Positions 31,300-42,000 of a DNA stretch of 64,000 nucleotides are shown piece by piece. The notes beneath the pieces are model-generated. The model was not told the DNA's origin. It saw only the letters and a list, made by a program, of their open reading frames with translations, and made no database searches. Origin of the DNA: Desulfatiglandales bacterium. GTDB taxonomy: Bacteria; Desulfobacterota; DSM-4660; Desulfatiglandales; HGW-15. A program made the position numbers and the translations under genes. The stretch lies in the NCBI GenBank assembly GCA_963667015.2, contig CAXXJJ010000004.1, positions 3,648,001-3,712,000 on the forward strand, read 5' to 3'. The stretch's first letter is position 1. Each line of letters starts with the position of its first letter.

Positions 31300-33600
31300 C
31301 TATGAACTAAGGTGACAAAAGGTAAGAATGGTCGCAATTGATGTTTGAAAGCTAACACTATCGCCCTCCTTAATCAGCTTATAAAGCAGTGCTTCCGGAC
31401 AATTGAGATGATTGCGCCAAACGTATCCTTCTTTAATAGATTTATACGCTTCATCGATATTATTATTTAATAAGCTTCTATCAAGCGTGAACGCGGCATT
31501 AGATGCTTCATACTCCAACATCCTGGCATTTAAATAACTGGCGAATTCGGACAGGCTTTTCATTGTGGACGAAAATCGTGCAGCCAAGAACTCTTTATTT
31601 TTAAAACACCAGGATATATTATTATCATGATTGCGTTGGTCAGATTTCGAATCTTCATCAAGTCCATTGAGGTAATCTAAATATATTTTCTCTGCCCTCC
31701 CAATAAGGTTCAACGCTTTACCATAAATGCATTCTTCATTATCAAAATCTTTAAAATCTCCTGTTTTATTTCTATAGCTGTTTTCAAACATCTCCACAAA
31801 AAGTGTCCGCAATAAATAAACATCTACAGGAATCCTCCTTTTTTGTTTAGGATCAATCTCAATTAAATGCTGCAAAAGGAGGCGAAAAAAAAGATCAAAA
31901 TCCGAAAAAAAACCAAATTCATACCCAAGCACCTCAGCTGTTAACTCTATTAAAAAATTAAACCATACAACCGGAGAACGTTTATTCCATAGCACCCGTT
32001 TAATAACTTCATTATTTTCTTCAAGCCAATCGACCCGTGTCAAAAAAATATGTGCTACCTCATGGTACAAAGGCCACCACTTTTCAATCCTCCAGAGTGC
32101 TTCTGTCGGAACGCTTATCACTTCATTTAAATGAGAAAATTTAGGGTCCTCAACAATAATAAAACCATACCAATATCGGTTAATCCTGTTTAAAAGATAT
32201 GCCGGCACGTATTCCATAGCTTTCACAGCTCGCTGGGCACCACCGCGAAGTCTTGAGAAACCGCCTGTAGCAGGTTCACTACTGCCGTATAAAGCATAAG
32301 ATCTAAGTTGAGAACCGTTAGCAATTGCATATGCAGACCTAATAGCTAGACTCTCAAGGCTCTCGCCTTTATTAAAATAACCAAGTGTTTCTTCAGAGCC
32401 GCTATTGCTGTTGTATGCCTGGTTTATCTCTTTTATTTTCCTTCCGATTGAAATAATTCTATCTGGATAGTCCAGCATATCTTCGAATACTTTTCTTTTG
32501 ATGGGATTTTGTAAACGCCAATTCAGAGAATAGAAATGATTAGCCAACAAAGGTGCAACAGATCCAAAAATAGCCTTCAACTCTGCCATGTCAAATTGGA
32601 CCCATTGTTGGCCCTGCTCCGATTTACCATTTTCAATTATGCAATCTGTACGATTACTATTTTCAGACGCAGAAGAAAGAACATTCATTTCAATGCTTGT
32701 TGCTGTACTGTTTATTTTATCTTTGAATTGAGTCCTAAAACAAAGCAGGTAAGAAACAAAAATATCCCAATCTAAAGTTTCCGCTATTGGCTCAACAATG
32801 AAATCATAATCTCCTAACATCTCACGAATATTAAACTTATCATTTGTCCAATATTCCTCTATCTCTTTATAATAGGCTGGTTTTGAAGATATTTTAACTG
32901 TTGGCCATGCTTCCCGGGTTATTTTTGTTTTAAAACCCTCAACAGTTACTAATGACTTTATAACTTCATCTATACTCTTACAATCATCCTGGCTCTTTGG
33001 CAGGTGATGATAATTTATTGCTATATTTGAGAAGGTTTTATCAATGCAATTTAATATCTCTAGATCACGATTAAATCGTGATAGCTCATGAACAATACTA
33101 TCAATATTATCATGGCATAGTAACAGAATGACCTCGCTCGGCCCAATTGTTCCAAGGACATGGCTGTTTTTTAAAGTTGAATTAGTTAAATATTCAGCTA
33201 TTTGTTTTTCAATTGCTTCATGGCTTGCAGGCTTGTCATCTGAAAATTTAATAAAACTTATCCCGATAAATATGGAAGCTTCAAGGCTATTAAAAATATC
33301 CGATAGATTATCGCCAAGGTATGGGAAAGAATGGAACGTGTTTGATGATATTACACCAGGTATAGGCCCGGCGTTACTAACCCGAAAATCAAACCCCACA
33401 TCATCATACATCAGAATAATGTCATAAAACCCAAGTCCTTTCATACAGAATGAATTTTCAACATCAGATTGTTTGCAAGCACTTATAAGTGCTTTTGAGA
33501 CATCAATCTCCATTCCAGATCTGACCTGTAAACATGATATCTTTATAGCCCTTTTGCCAATCTTGCCAATCTTGCCAATCTTAAATATACTCTTTTCCAT
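31300..33600 (-). CDS. Uncharacterised protein: three Lrp/AsnC-like repeats + HExxH..E zinc-metallopeptidase-like domain
   Basis: GLGFYDII, TIGPSEVI and MLGDYDFI repeats; LYHEVAH (about 32050-32064) and downstream ELTAEVLG. Confidence 0.6.
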   Translation of the reverse strand: MEKSIFKIGKIGKIGKRAIKISCLQVRSGMEIDVSKALISACKQSDVENSFCMKGLGFYDIILMYDDVGFDFRVSNAGPIPGVISSNTFHSFPYLGDNLSDIFNSLEASIFIGISFIKFSDDKPASHEAIEKQIAEYLTNSTLKNSHVLGTIGPSEVILLLCHDNIDSIVHELSRFNRDLEILNCIDKTFSNIAINYHHLPKSQDDCKSIDEVIKSLVTVEGFKTKITREAWPTVKISSKPAYYKEIEEYWTNDKFNIREMLGDYDFIVEPIAETLDWDIFVSYLLCFRTQFKDKINSTATSIEMNVLSSASENSNRTDCIIENGKSEQGQQWVQFDMAELKAIFGSVAPLLANHFYSLNWRLQNPIKRKVFEDMLDYPDRIISIGRKIKEINQAYNSNSGSEETLGYFNKGESLESLAIRSAYAIANGSQLRSYALYGSSEPATGGFSRLRGGAQRAVKAMEYVPAYLLNRINRYWYGFIIVEDPKFSHLNEVISVPTEALWRIEKWWPLYHEVAHIFLTRVDWLEENNEVIKRVLWNKRSPVVWFNFLIELTAEVLGYEFGFFSDFDLFFRLLLQHLIEIDPKQKRRIPVDVYLLRTLFVEMFENSYRNKTGDFKDFDNEECIYGKALNLIGRAEKIYLDYLNGLDEDSKSDQRNHDNNISWCFKNKEFLAARFSSTMKSLSEFASYLNARMLEYEASNAAFTLDRSLLNNNIDEAYKSIKEGYVWRNHLNCPEALLYKLIKEGDSVSFQTSIATILTFCHLSS
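33554..33582 (-). repeat. 9-bp tandem repeat x3 (KIG KIG KIG) at the start of the 766-aa ORF
   Basis: TTGCCAATC x3 on the + strand. Confidence 0.9.
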
Positions 33601-33617
33601 ATTTAAAGGCCTTTTTT

Positions 33618-33657
33618 AAAAAAAAAGCGAAAAACTGTCATACAGTTTATCGCTTTT
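33618..33657 (-). terminator. Intrinsic terminator/attenuator between the small ORF and the 766-aa ORF
   Basis: Minus strand AAAAGCGATAAACTGT-ATG-ACAGTTTTTCGC followed by a T-run of about 9. Confidence 0.7.
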
Positions 33658-33702
33658 CTTAAAATTAATTTGGTATTAAAGGTAAAAGAGTCTTGAATGA
33701 AC

Positions 33703-33909
33703 TCAAGATTCTTTTTCATTTGCATATCTTGGATTCGTAATATTTTCTGAATCGATATAATCGTCTTCGGGCATAGGCCCAGAAATGCTGTGATCAATGT
33801 TATTTGAGTCCCACTCAGAGTTACCACGAGTAATATTGCTACATACTATAGAAACATTAATGTAGTCTTCCTCCTCGGGTTTATAACATCGAAATTTGGC
33901 TAGTCCCAT
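33703..33909 (-). CDS. Small acidic 68-aa protein/peptide
   Basis: ATG preceded by GAGAGG at normal spacing; co-oriented with downstream genes; internal PExxDYI..NIT repeat. Confidence 0.55.
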   Translation of the reverse strand: MGLAKFRCYKPEEEDYINVSIVCSNITRGNSEWDSNNIDHSISGPMPEDDYIDSENITNPRYANEKES

Positions 33910-34402
33910 GAGAGCCTCTCTTTTTTTAATGAGTATTTATATTACACTCATGATACGGGAAAATTCAGTAAATCATTAAAATCCTTGCCTAAACACCATA
34001 ACATCGGCATTTTGTCAAGAAAAATTAAAAGTTTTTTTATTCGGTATCACCCTTATATACTGATTTTTCATTTAATTTTTTACACCACTACTTTGATATT
34101 GAGCCGGATTGGTGCATAAATATCTCTATATAATATTAGCATATGTTGCCCATTATCAGCGTACAATTATTAATTTTTGAGAAATGATTTTTTGAAGGAT
34201 GCATAAAACTCTTTTATAACTAATAGGTTATAAGAATTTTAGTAATTATAATTGAATTAAAATGAAATGCAAGATAAAATTATGTTAAATTTTACTTAAT
34301 AATATCTCAAAAATTATCAAAAAGCATCTTTTAATGGATTATTTATCTTCTTTTATCTATTTATTGTATGCAAAAAAGACACTTTTTACTCCACACTAAA
34401 TG

Positions 34403-36457
34403 TTATTCCACACCCAAAGCCTTAAACACCGCGTCTTTAGGGTCTGCATAAAAACTTGTTTGAAATTTTGCGAATAGTTCTCCTGGTATACTCGGGATAT
34501 CACCTACACTTGCCATGGGAAGGAGTATTCTTTTTGCTCCTGCATCAAAGGCTACCTGTAGTGTTTCCGCGAGGTTTTGAACGGGCACTATATTCCCGCC
34601 TAGACTCATGCTCCCAAGTACAACCATTTGAGATTGAACCGGTTTTGCCATTAGGGCAGAGCAAAGGGCTACAAAGGCGGCAAGTGTCATGGCATTTGTC
34701 GGGCCTGTATTATGAAGCTCAACTACATGCAGGTGATAATTATGATCCCCTGATTTGGCTGACACGCTTATTCCGGATGCATTCGCTTTAAAATAATCAA
34801 AGCCTACCTTTACCGCTTCCTTTGCAGCACTTACACTACCAAACCCTGATAAAGTCAGAGATCCATTTCCGGGAGTAACTTGTGTTTCAAGCCTATATAA
34901 TCCAAGGTGACCACTGTTTCCTGTTGCTATGGTATGGAGCACCCCGGGATTTAATGGCCCACCTGGTATTAAAGATGCCCCGCCCTGTTCGGGAACACTT
35001 ATAAACTTTTCTTCCATGGCCTCCTGATCAATATATGAGAAATGGACATCATAGAATTCCATACCGCCTATCTTTTTAAGCTGCTCTTTTACTCTTCTAC
35101 GTGTTTCAAGGGCATACTCAAGACATCTTCGCACAGCATCCTTGTCATAATCTTCATGGGGGTATAACAGCTTTAACAGGCCTGAGACAGTATGTCTTAT
35201 AGCAATTGTATCTCTTTGATTGAGATCTCTACCCAGCTTGAAATACTTATTGATCGCATCAGAATAATTTCTTTTTCTCATCTCCCTTACAAACTCAGCG
35301 AGATAATCCACAATAAGGCCATACTGGTTTGTAAAAAACTCCGGTCTCATTTTCGGGATCTCCCATCCCGGTATATAGGCATGGAATCGATCAAAGAATG
35401 CTGAGTCAATCATGGCCTCAGGGAAAGGTGCCAGCAGGTGGCTTGTTTTTACCAGTGTGTCCACAGCCTGATTCAGGTTACCAACAAACACCATAGAGGC
35501 ATATGCGTTTATCATGTCCCGGCCCCGGGCAAATGATCCGGAAGCCATATAGTCTTTCATGATCTGAACACCATCATTATCCTTAAAGGATATTCCGGCT
35601 ACTTCATCAAAGGCTACCACATCCCATAACCCCACAAGCCCCACAGTCCTGTTGGCAAGGTTATAAAAGAGATTCGCAACTGTAGTCTTCCCGCCTGAAA
35701 CAAGTATGCTGTTTGGGCTTATTTCTTTATAGATATGGCTTTTCCCAGTTCCCCTCGGCCCCAGTTCACACACATTGTAATTATTCTCTACCAGGGGTAT
35801 TAACCGGGTCAGCAGGTGCCATTTTACCCTTTCATCAAACTGGGTTGGTTCCAGGCCTGTAGACCGAAGCAGAACATCCAGCCATTGAGCTTCGGTAAAA
35901 TTAGACCTCCCATCAAAGAGCTCCTGCATATCCATATTGGGCATCTGAATGGGTTTTAAATCCCTGATAAGAAAAGGAGATCCTTTCTGGCCTTCCTCAT
36001 AGAAATATTCCATGGTAATTATGGACCATATTCCACCGGCCAAAAGCTTTTCATACTGGCGTACAGTGTTTGTACTTATCTCTACTCCCTTTATCCCGAG
36101 GTTGGATAACAGGGCTTCGTATACATCTCTTTTTTCATTCAGTTTTACAGTGGCTTTATCGATTATTTTTAATGTTCCACGCTCCCTTATAATGGATTTA
36201 ACCTTTTCAGCCTCATCCGGACGCACATAGTTCTCTGCCAGTATCCGTTTAACAGTCTTTAGACCATCCTGGATTATTGACTCATCATTAGATGCACAAT
36301 GCTGCCCAAGAAGGTACTCAAGAACGTATACCGGCACGTTTGCGCCTTCCTTAACTAGTTTTGTCAGATCTTTTCTAACTACTCTTCCTGCAAAATGGGT
36401 GTTTAAAAGATCATCCAGGCTGCTGTCTATTACCATTGTTTCATTATCAGAAGTCAT
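34403..36457 (-). CDS. brxL: BREX BrxL (AAA+/Lon-like)
   Basis: GANVPVYVLEYLLG, ELGPRGTGKSH, VAFDEV, Lon-like C-terminus; last gene of the BREX operon. Confidence 0.96.
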   Translation of the reverse strand: MTSDNETMVIDSSLDDLLNTHFAGRVVRKDLTKLVKEGANVPVYVLEYLLGQHCASNDESIIQDGLKTVKRILAENYVRPDEAEKVKSIIRERGTLKIIDKATVKLNEKRDVYEALLSNLGIKGVEISTNTVRQYEKLLAGGIWSIITMEYFYEEGQKGSPFLIRDLKPIQMPNMDMQELFDGRSNFTEAQWLDVLLRSTGLEPTQFDERVKWHLLTRLIPLVENNYNVCELGPRGTGKSHIYKEISPNSILVSGGKTTVANLFYNLANRTVGLVGLWDVVAFDEVAGISFKDNDGVQIMKDYMASGSFARGRDMINAYASMVFVGNLNQAVDTLVKTSHLLAPFPEAMIDSAFFDRFHAYIPGWEIPKMRPEFFTNQYGLIVDYLAEFVREMRKRNYSDAINKYFKLGRDLNQRDTIAIRHTVSGLLKLLYPHEDYDKDAVRRCLEYALETRRRVKEQLKKIGGMEFYDVHFSYIDQEAMEEKFISVPEQGGASLIPGGPLNPGVLHTIATGNSGHLGLYRLETQVTPGNGSLTLSGFGSVSAAKEAVKVGFDYFKANASGISVSAKSGDHNYHLHVVELHNTGPTNAMTLAAFVALCSALMAKPVQSQMVVLGSMSLGGNIVPVQNLAETLQVAFDAGAKRILLPMASVGDIPSIPGELFAKFQTSFYADPKDAVFKALGVE

Positions 36458-39074
36458 CGTTAAATGCCCTGTCTATAATAATGTTTACACTCTCCTGTTC
36501 AATCCCGGTGTCAGCATCCCGCATTACCAGCCGGTATGTCTTGTTTTTATCAAACTCCCGGTTTTGAAGGACCATAACAACATTCTTTTTTCTTTCGTCT
36601 ATGTTATTGGATGAATTATCAAAGGTTAAAGTTTCGATATTGCTTACGGGTTCACCCTCATCAAAAATTGCCACTTTCAGCGTAACAGGTTTTACTCTTT
36701 CACTAACAGGCTCCATTTGTATCAATTCAAACCTGTGCTTTGATGTAGTTATCTTATGATTCGAACCAAGGATATGAACAGTCACCGGTTTTATTTTGGT
36801 CTTTTCAGCACTTTTACCCCTTACATGCTTTACAGTAATAACAGGGACTGCAATCTCCTGGAGCATTGCTCCGCCGTGTATAAACCTTGCCCCGCCAATA
36901 AAATGGAATCTGTTTGCAGCTTTGGGTATCCAGAATTCTATATTGCCGCCAACCCCACAAGTAGTAGTGGTTGACTCATGATAAACAATCTCATTATCTC
37001 CAAGATTCTTACCTATAAGATACCGCTTTTTAGCCTTTACAGTCCCCAGGGGTTTTTCCAGCAGACTGCTTTTTTCAGGCGCACCGGGGTCTGTTACAGT
37101 AAAAATGAATCCATGGTCAGCGGTTATTACTACATGATGCCCGTTCAGGTTGTTGATGATATTTGTTACAAGGGCTTCAAGTTCATTGATGGCCTGTCTT
37201 GCTGCCTGAAAGGTCTGGCTTTCAGTACCTGCTGAATCGCCTATTTTATCTATTGCGTTGTGATAAATATATACAAGCCTTTTATCCTTTATAAGGTCTC
37301 TCCCCTGATCCTTACTCATTTTAAGGAGATCCTCAGCCTTAACAGCCATTCCCTCATGCTTTGCCAGAATCTGGTCACGCTGTTCCATTGATGAACAGTT
37401 TTGTCCGTCAACCAGCAGGTCTCCCTTGACGTTATATTCCAGCTTATCATGGGGTAATAGGCAGGCCATCCCGAGTGATGTGTATGATGGCAAGGCACCC
37501 AGCATTGATGTTAAATCCGACTCAAACCGGTATTTGCCATTTAATTCACTGTTGAGCTCTTCAGCAACTTCATACCGGAGGGCATCACTTATAATAACAA
37601 AACTCCTCCTTCGTTCCGCTTCTTTGAGTTTGGGAGCAATATTGTTATAAAAAAACTGTTCCTGATTATCGACATTGTATATTTTCCAGCTTGATAAAAG
37701 AGAGTCACTCCCTTTCGGATCAAGGTATTTCCCCCATGCATCAGCCAGATTATGAAGATACCAGTTCACATAACAGGCTTCTACTTCGGTTCTCAGTTTT
37801 TTAAGAACATCCCAGTTGTTTAAAGCTGCAATATCGGCCTGTTCACAAAATCTTCTATATAACTGATCAAAGCTGAATATTTCTTTTGTGTAGGCATTAT
37901 ACATGTCGGCAGAGCTCGAAAAGCTGAAGCCAGAAGGATATTTATTCTTTAGGCTGAAAAACTCAGCAGATATCGCGATCGCTTCATAGACAGAATGCAT
38001 GCCTTCTCTCGGGGCATATTTATTCCCCGGAACTCCAGTTGTTGCCCAGTAACCTGCCTGACGATTTGTCTTTATCTCGTTAATCTTTTCAAGGTTTATA
38101 TCATTCGGGTTTGATAAGACAATATCTCTAAGTCCCTGAGCGATATATCTTTCTACAGATTGAAAAGTAGCAACATCCAGCAGGTCATATATTTCAAAAT
38201 GATAGAACAGGTCATTGAGGTTTATCAGATCCCCAATAATGCCGGATAATCTGTCATAGCTGGTTCCCTTGGTAGAGCTGTCCCTCCACTGTGCCAGGCA
38301 TACAACCGCGTTATTCTTTCCATACTGAGGTAATACAAGATGTGTTAAAGAATCAGGCACAGACGCTTTAAGATGCTGAGCAAAGTCTGTCACCATTAAA
38401 CGTGTTAAAAAATTTCTCAAACTCGGTGTTTCCTCGCTGTACCCAAAAACAGACTTGGCCATTTCCCAGAAAGGTTCATCAAGTTCATATTTCTCAATTT
38501 CCAGCCAGCAATCCGGAGGCGAATCAATGTCAACATCATCCAGATCATTATAGCCATGGAATATTGTTCGTATTATATTGAACCATTCATCATGGTCTGC
38601 CTTTGTGACAACAGCAATCATTTTCCTGTCCAGGTCAAATTCATTGTCATCAGGCAAAACCATGGGTTTTAACTTTTGCATCCGCTGCTTGTTGTCAAAA
38701 AACTTTCTGCGAGTTGACAGGTGATCTCTTAGATGCTGATTGGATAAACCCAGCTCATCAAGGATAATAGATGCCCTGTCAGCCCGGAAGCACTTACTGT
38801 AAAGCCTTATATCCAGCAGCCAGTCATCTTCATAATCTGGTTCTTCTGTGGGGGAAAAAATAAGATATCTGCCTTCTGGATCTTCCAGTTCCAGTTTTAC
38901 CTTGGCTTCAAATGCTCCGACCTCATCAAGCTTTATTATGTTAACCCCTTCAGGCAGGGTAAGAAGTGGGAGAGTCAGGGTGAATTCATGATCTGGATCG
39001 TTCCAGAAAACTATTCTGTAATCCTCTTCATCATACAAGCGGATTAAAGCCTTTTCTATCTGAGAATTATCCAT
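36447..39074 (-). CDS. pglZ: BREX-1 PglZ phosphatase
   Basis: RIVFWND, IISDALRYE, LPSYTSLGM, TADHGF, FIHGG. Confidence 0.96.
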   Translation of the reverse strand: MDNSQIEKALIRLYDEEDYRIVFWNDPDHEFTLTLPLLTLPEGVNIIKLDEVGAFEAKVKLELEDPEGRYLIFSPTEEPDYEDDWLLDIRLYSKCFRADRASIILDELGLSNQHLRDHLSTRRKFFDNKQRMQKLKPMVLPDDNEFDLDRKMIAVVTKADHDEWFNIIRTIFHGYNDLDDVDIDSPPDCWLEIEKYELDEPFWEMAKSVFGYSEETPSLRNFLTRLMVTDFAQHLKASVPDSLTHLVLPQYGKNNAVVCLAQWRDSSTKGTSYDRLSGIIGDLINLNDLFYHFEIYDLLDVATFQSVERYIAQGLRDIVLSNPNDINLEKINEIKTNRQAGYWATTGVPGNKYAPREGMHSVYEAIAISAEFFSLKNKYPSGFSFSSSADMYNAYTKEIFSFDQLYRRFCEQADIAALNNWDVLKKLRTEVEACYVNWYLHNLADAWGKYLDPKGSDSLLSSWKIYNVDNQEQFFYNNIAPKLKEAERRRSFVIISDALRYEVAEELNSELNGKYRFESDLTSMLGALPSYTSLGMACLLPHDKLEYNVKGDLLVDGQNCSSMEQRDQILAKHEGMAVKAEDLLKMSKDQGRDLIKDKRLVYIYHNAIDKIGDSAGTESQTFQAARQAINELEALVTNIINNLNGHHVVITADHGFIFTVTDPGAPEKSSLLEKPLGTVKAKKRYLIGKNLGDNEIVYHESTTTTCGVGGNIEFWIPKAANRFHFIGGARFIHGGAMLQEIAVPVITVKHVRGKSAEKTKIKPVTVHILGSNHKITTSKHRFELIQMEPVSERVKPVTLKVAIFDEGEPVSNIETLTFDNSSNNIDERKKNVVMVLQNREFDKNKTYRLVMRDADTGIEQESVNIIIDRAFNDDF

Positions 39075-42000
39075 TGATAGCCTCTTTCCCGGTAACAGCT
39101 TTCACTTCTGCCAGCAGATCCCCGAATTTTCCATAATTGACTTTCACACCATCATCAAGGTCAAGACTTATCCTTTTATCCGCATAATGACGCAACTTTT
39201 CATCAAAGCCTTGAAGTTCAACCTGTTGCTTTAACAGCTTATCATGTTCTTTTTGAAGTTTTTTCCTGAGTGAGGTTGAAGAAGCCTTTTCTATATCACC
39301 TTTCAATTGATCTATATGTGCATTTATTTTACCCTGTAAAGGGATAACATACTCTGTCCTCATTCTGGATAATGTCCCCTCGTTATATCGATGTAAATAA
39401 ACAATACATTGAAAAGCTCTTTCTTTACCACTTGAGAAAAGCCAGTATATAGGTCGTTTTTTAAACATAGAAAAGTGATGTTTATAAAAGCCTGTTGTCA
39501 TATACCGTCTGATTGTTTCTCTGGATGATTCTCCCTGTTTAGGGCCGATGCTGTCTGCAATAAATTTAAGGTTTTCTTCAAGGGTTTCTTTTGGCCACAC
39601 TATGTTAATGAATTCAATAATGCGGTTGGTAGCATCATCTTCAAACCAGTCAGTATCTGTTATAGGAATTATGCCATCTTCATCAGGGGAGAATGTTGGC
39701 CATGAACAATTTTTTTTATGTTTTGCCTTATAGATATCAAGGAATTTCTCGTTTCCACTATTGGCAAAGATTAATCCCGGGACATCAATTGAATATCTTC
39801 CCATCATACATCCCACGGAATAGGATATTAACTCCTTCATTGTGTCTGCTAGAAGCATATATTCAAGTTCTTCTTCACTTCTGTTCTTACCATACCGATA
39901 ATGAGGATTGCAGGTAAGAGTGACTTCATTTAGATGTACATCAGGCGTCAGCTCATTTAGCAAACAATATGCTTCAAGTAGAATAGAATTATTTTCTTTT
40001 TCTAAATGCTGCATTTCTAATTTCATTTTTTCCCATTTTTCTCTCAACCTTATATAGGAATCATTTAGTGTCGTTGCTAATGGCCAAATGACAGTCTTTT
40101 GATCTGGCTTATTACTGTCTAAACCTTCTTTATATTGTTGATTGATAATAGGTAGTCCAATAAACTCCAATGATGTCTCATAGAAATCCCAATCAACTCT
40201 GCTTATTTCAAGACATTTATCCGTATTCCTAACAACCTCTGACGGAATATTTTCATCTGGGAATGGTAATGCCAAAACATCACTAACTGTTGTATTAAGT
40301 GTAGGATTAATAGCTTTTAGATAATATAGAGAAATAGGTGAATTTAAAAAGGCTAGAGCTTTTCTATCACAAGAAAACATCTCATTAAAGATTGTTGGTG
40401 CGCCTGAACTATACTGAGAATAAGTAGACTTGATTCTGAAGCTAATATTTGCCGATGAGATCAAAGACCATGTGATCCCTTCCTTATTCCAGAATTTTGA
40501 ATTACATAAACCTCCATGAGAATCATAGAAGGATCTTGCATCGTCTGACCAGTCAACAACATGCAATTCATTGCCCGCATATTTTCTAAAATCACCACCA
40601 TTGGCATAACTTACCCAACGCTCATCTTTAGAACGAACCTCCCAAAAAAATCTAAGGTATTTCTCATTATTATGTGTTTTATTACGCCCACCTGACACAA
40701 ATGTATCATCTATAGTTTTTCCTTTGAATAATTGAGTTCCTTTAATCCAATAGGCAATTGGACTGCCAGGAACTTTATTAAAATCACCCGCAGATGCAGT
40801 ATACAACCAACCACAGTCAGGATTTCTAACAGCTTCACGGATCGCTACATCTTTTTCTTTTTCAGAACGCCCCTCTATTAGACGGAAAAAGGCTCCTTTG
40901 TATTTCGAATGAGGAGTATTTGCCAAGATAAAAGCTGTAGTTGAAACAACTTCACCGCCAATACTATCAAATGCTCTTGCACCTAAATGAGCCATTGAAA
41001 TTATTGTATCCTGCCCAAGAATTTTTGAACGAAGTAATTCAAATGAGGAAAGAAACATCCAGTTTTGCATGGTAATCATAGCAACAAGACCTTTCTTTTT
41101 TGATAATGTCATGTTGCGTTCTATAAACATTGCGAAAAGATCGGATTTGCTCTGTTTATAATGATCTTGTGCAAACACCTTTAAACGATCATTCATCCCT
41201 CCACTTCCCATATAAGGCGGATTCGCTACGACTATGTGATATTTTGGAGAGAGATATGTTGCTTGTTCAAGAATCCTCAATACCTTTTTATGAGTATTTG
41301 AGAGAAAAAGATCTTCTTCGACCCCACTTTCCTTTATATGCAATTCAATACTTTCTGTGTTCTTAAGGGTAGGCTGTATCAATGAACCAAAGTTATCTGT
41401 CTCCTCAAATTGATACAAGGTTGTCTGAAAGTGAGTAGTAAAGAGATCCCTCCCAACTTTATCCATATATGCCTGAATTTCATCTCCACTGAATTTTATT
41501 TTTTCCAACACGCATATATTAGGCTTTACATGAGTACCATTTAAAGATTTACGCTGAAAAAATCGCCGATCCTTTTGGCGTGCTTTCATAGTAAGAGCAA
41601 GCGCAGCTAACTCTCCGGCTCGCTCATCTATCTCAATACCAAAAAGATTATTTTCCAGTATCTTTTTGGGAATTTCAGCCCCTTTATGACCTAACTCTTC
41701 ATAAATGGAATATAAAAGATCAAAAGCATAAGTAAGCATGTGACCAGAACCACATGCAGGGTCACATATTTTTATTTCTTCAGGTGAGTTGATTTTAAGA
41801 AAGTCAGTCTCTGGTTCTTCCGGTTTTATATAGTACTCCATCTTTTCGATAAGCTTTGAATGGGGTTTGTTAAGCATCCATAGCCTACCGAGGGAATTCT
41901 CCACCAGATACCGAACAATCCAGTGTGGTGTAAAAAGCTGTGTTGCTGCCGGGATATTTTCAGGAATGATTTTTTTGTTTTTCTTTAACCCATCAAAAAC

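Noticed and set aside
33603..33827. Alternative 74-aa ORF overlapping the 68-aa peptide ORF
   Set aside because: Non-ATG start with no clear RBS, and it runs through the terminator hairpin; the 68-aa frame has ATG plus GAGAGG
31300..33909. Triceptide/radical-SAM RiPP cluster with alphaKG-HExxH enzyme
   Set aside because: No radical SAM (CxxxCxxC) gene or exporter nearby; the HExxH has a downstream Glu more like a gluzincin
33910..34402. Hidden gene or ncRNA in the AT-rich gap between brxL and the small ORF
   Set aside because: No ORF in the track and no convincing structure; only a TTGACA near 34013-34018 on the minus strand as a possible promoter
34403..34900. BrxL Lon-like domain lacking the canonical DGPSAG serine motif
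   Set aside because: Degenerate Lon motifs are, to my knowledge, usual in BrxL; not evidence of a pseudogene or novelty
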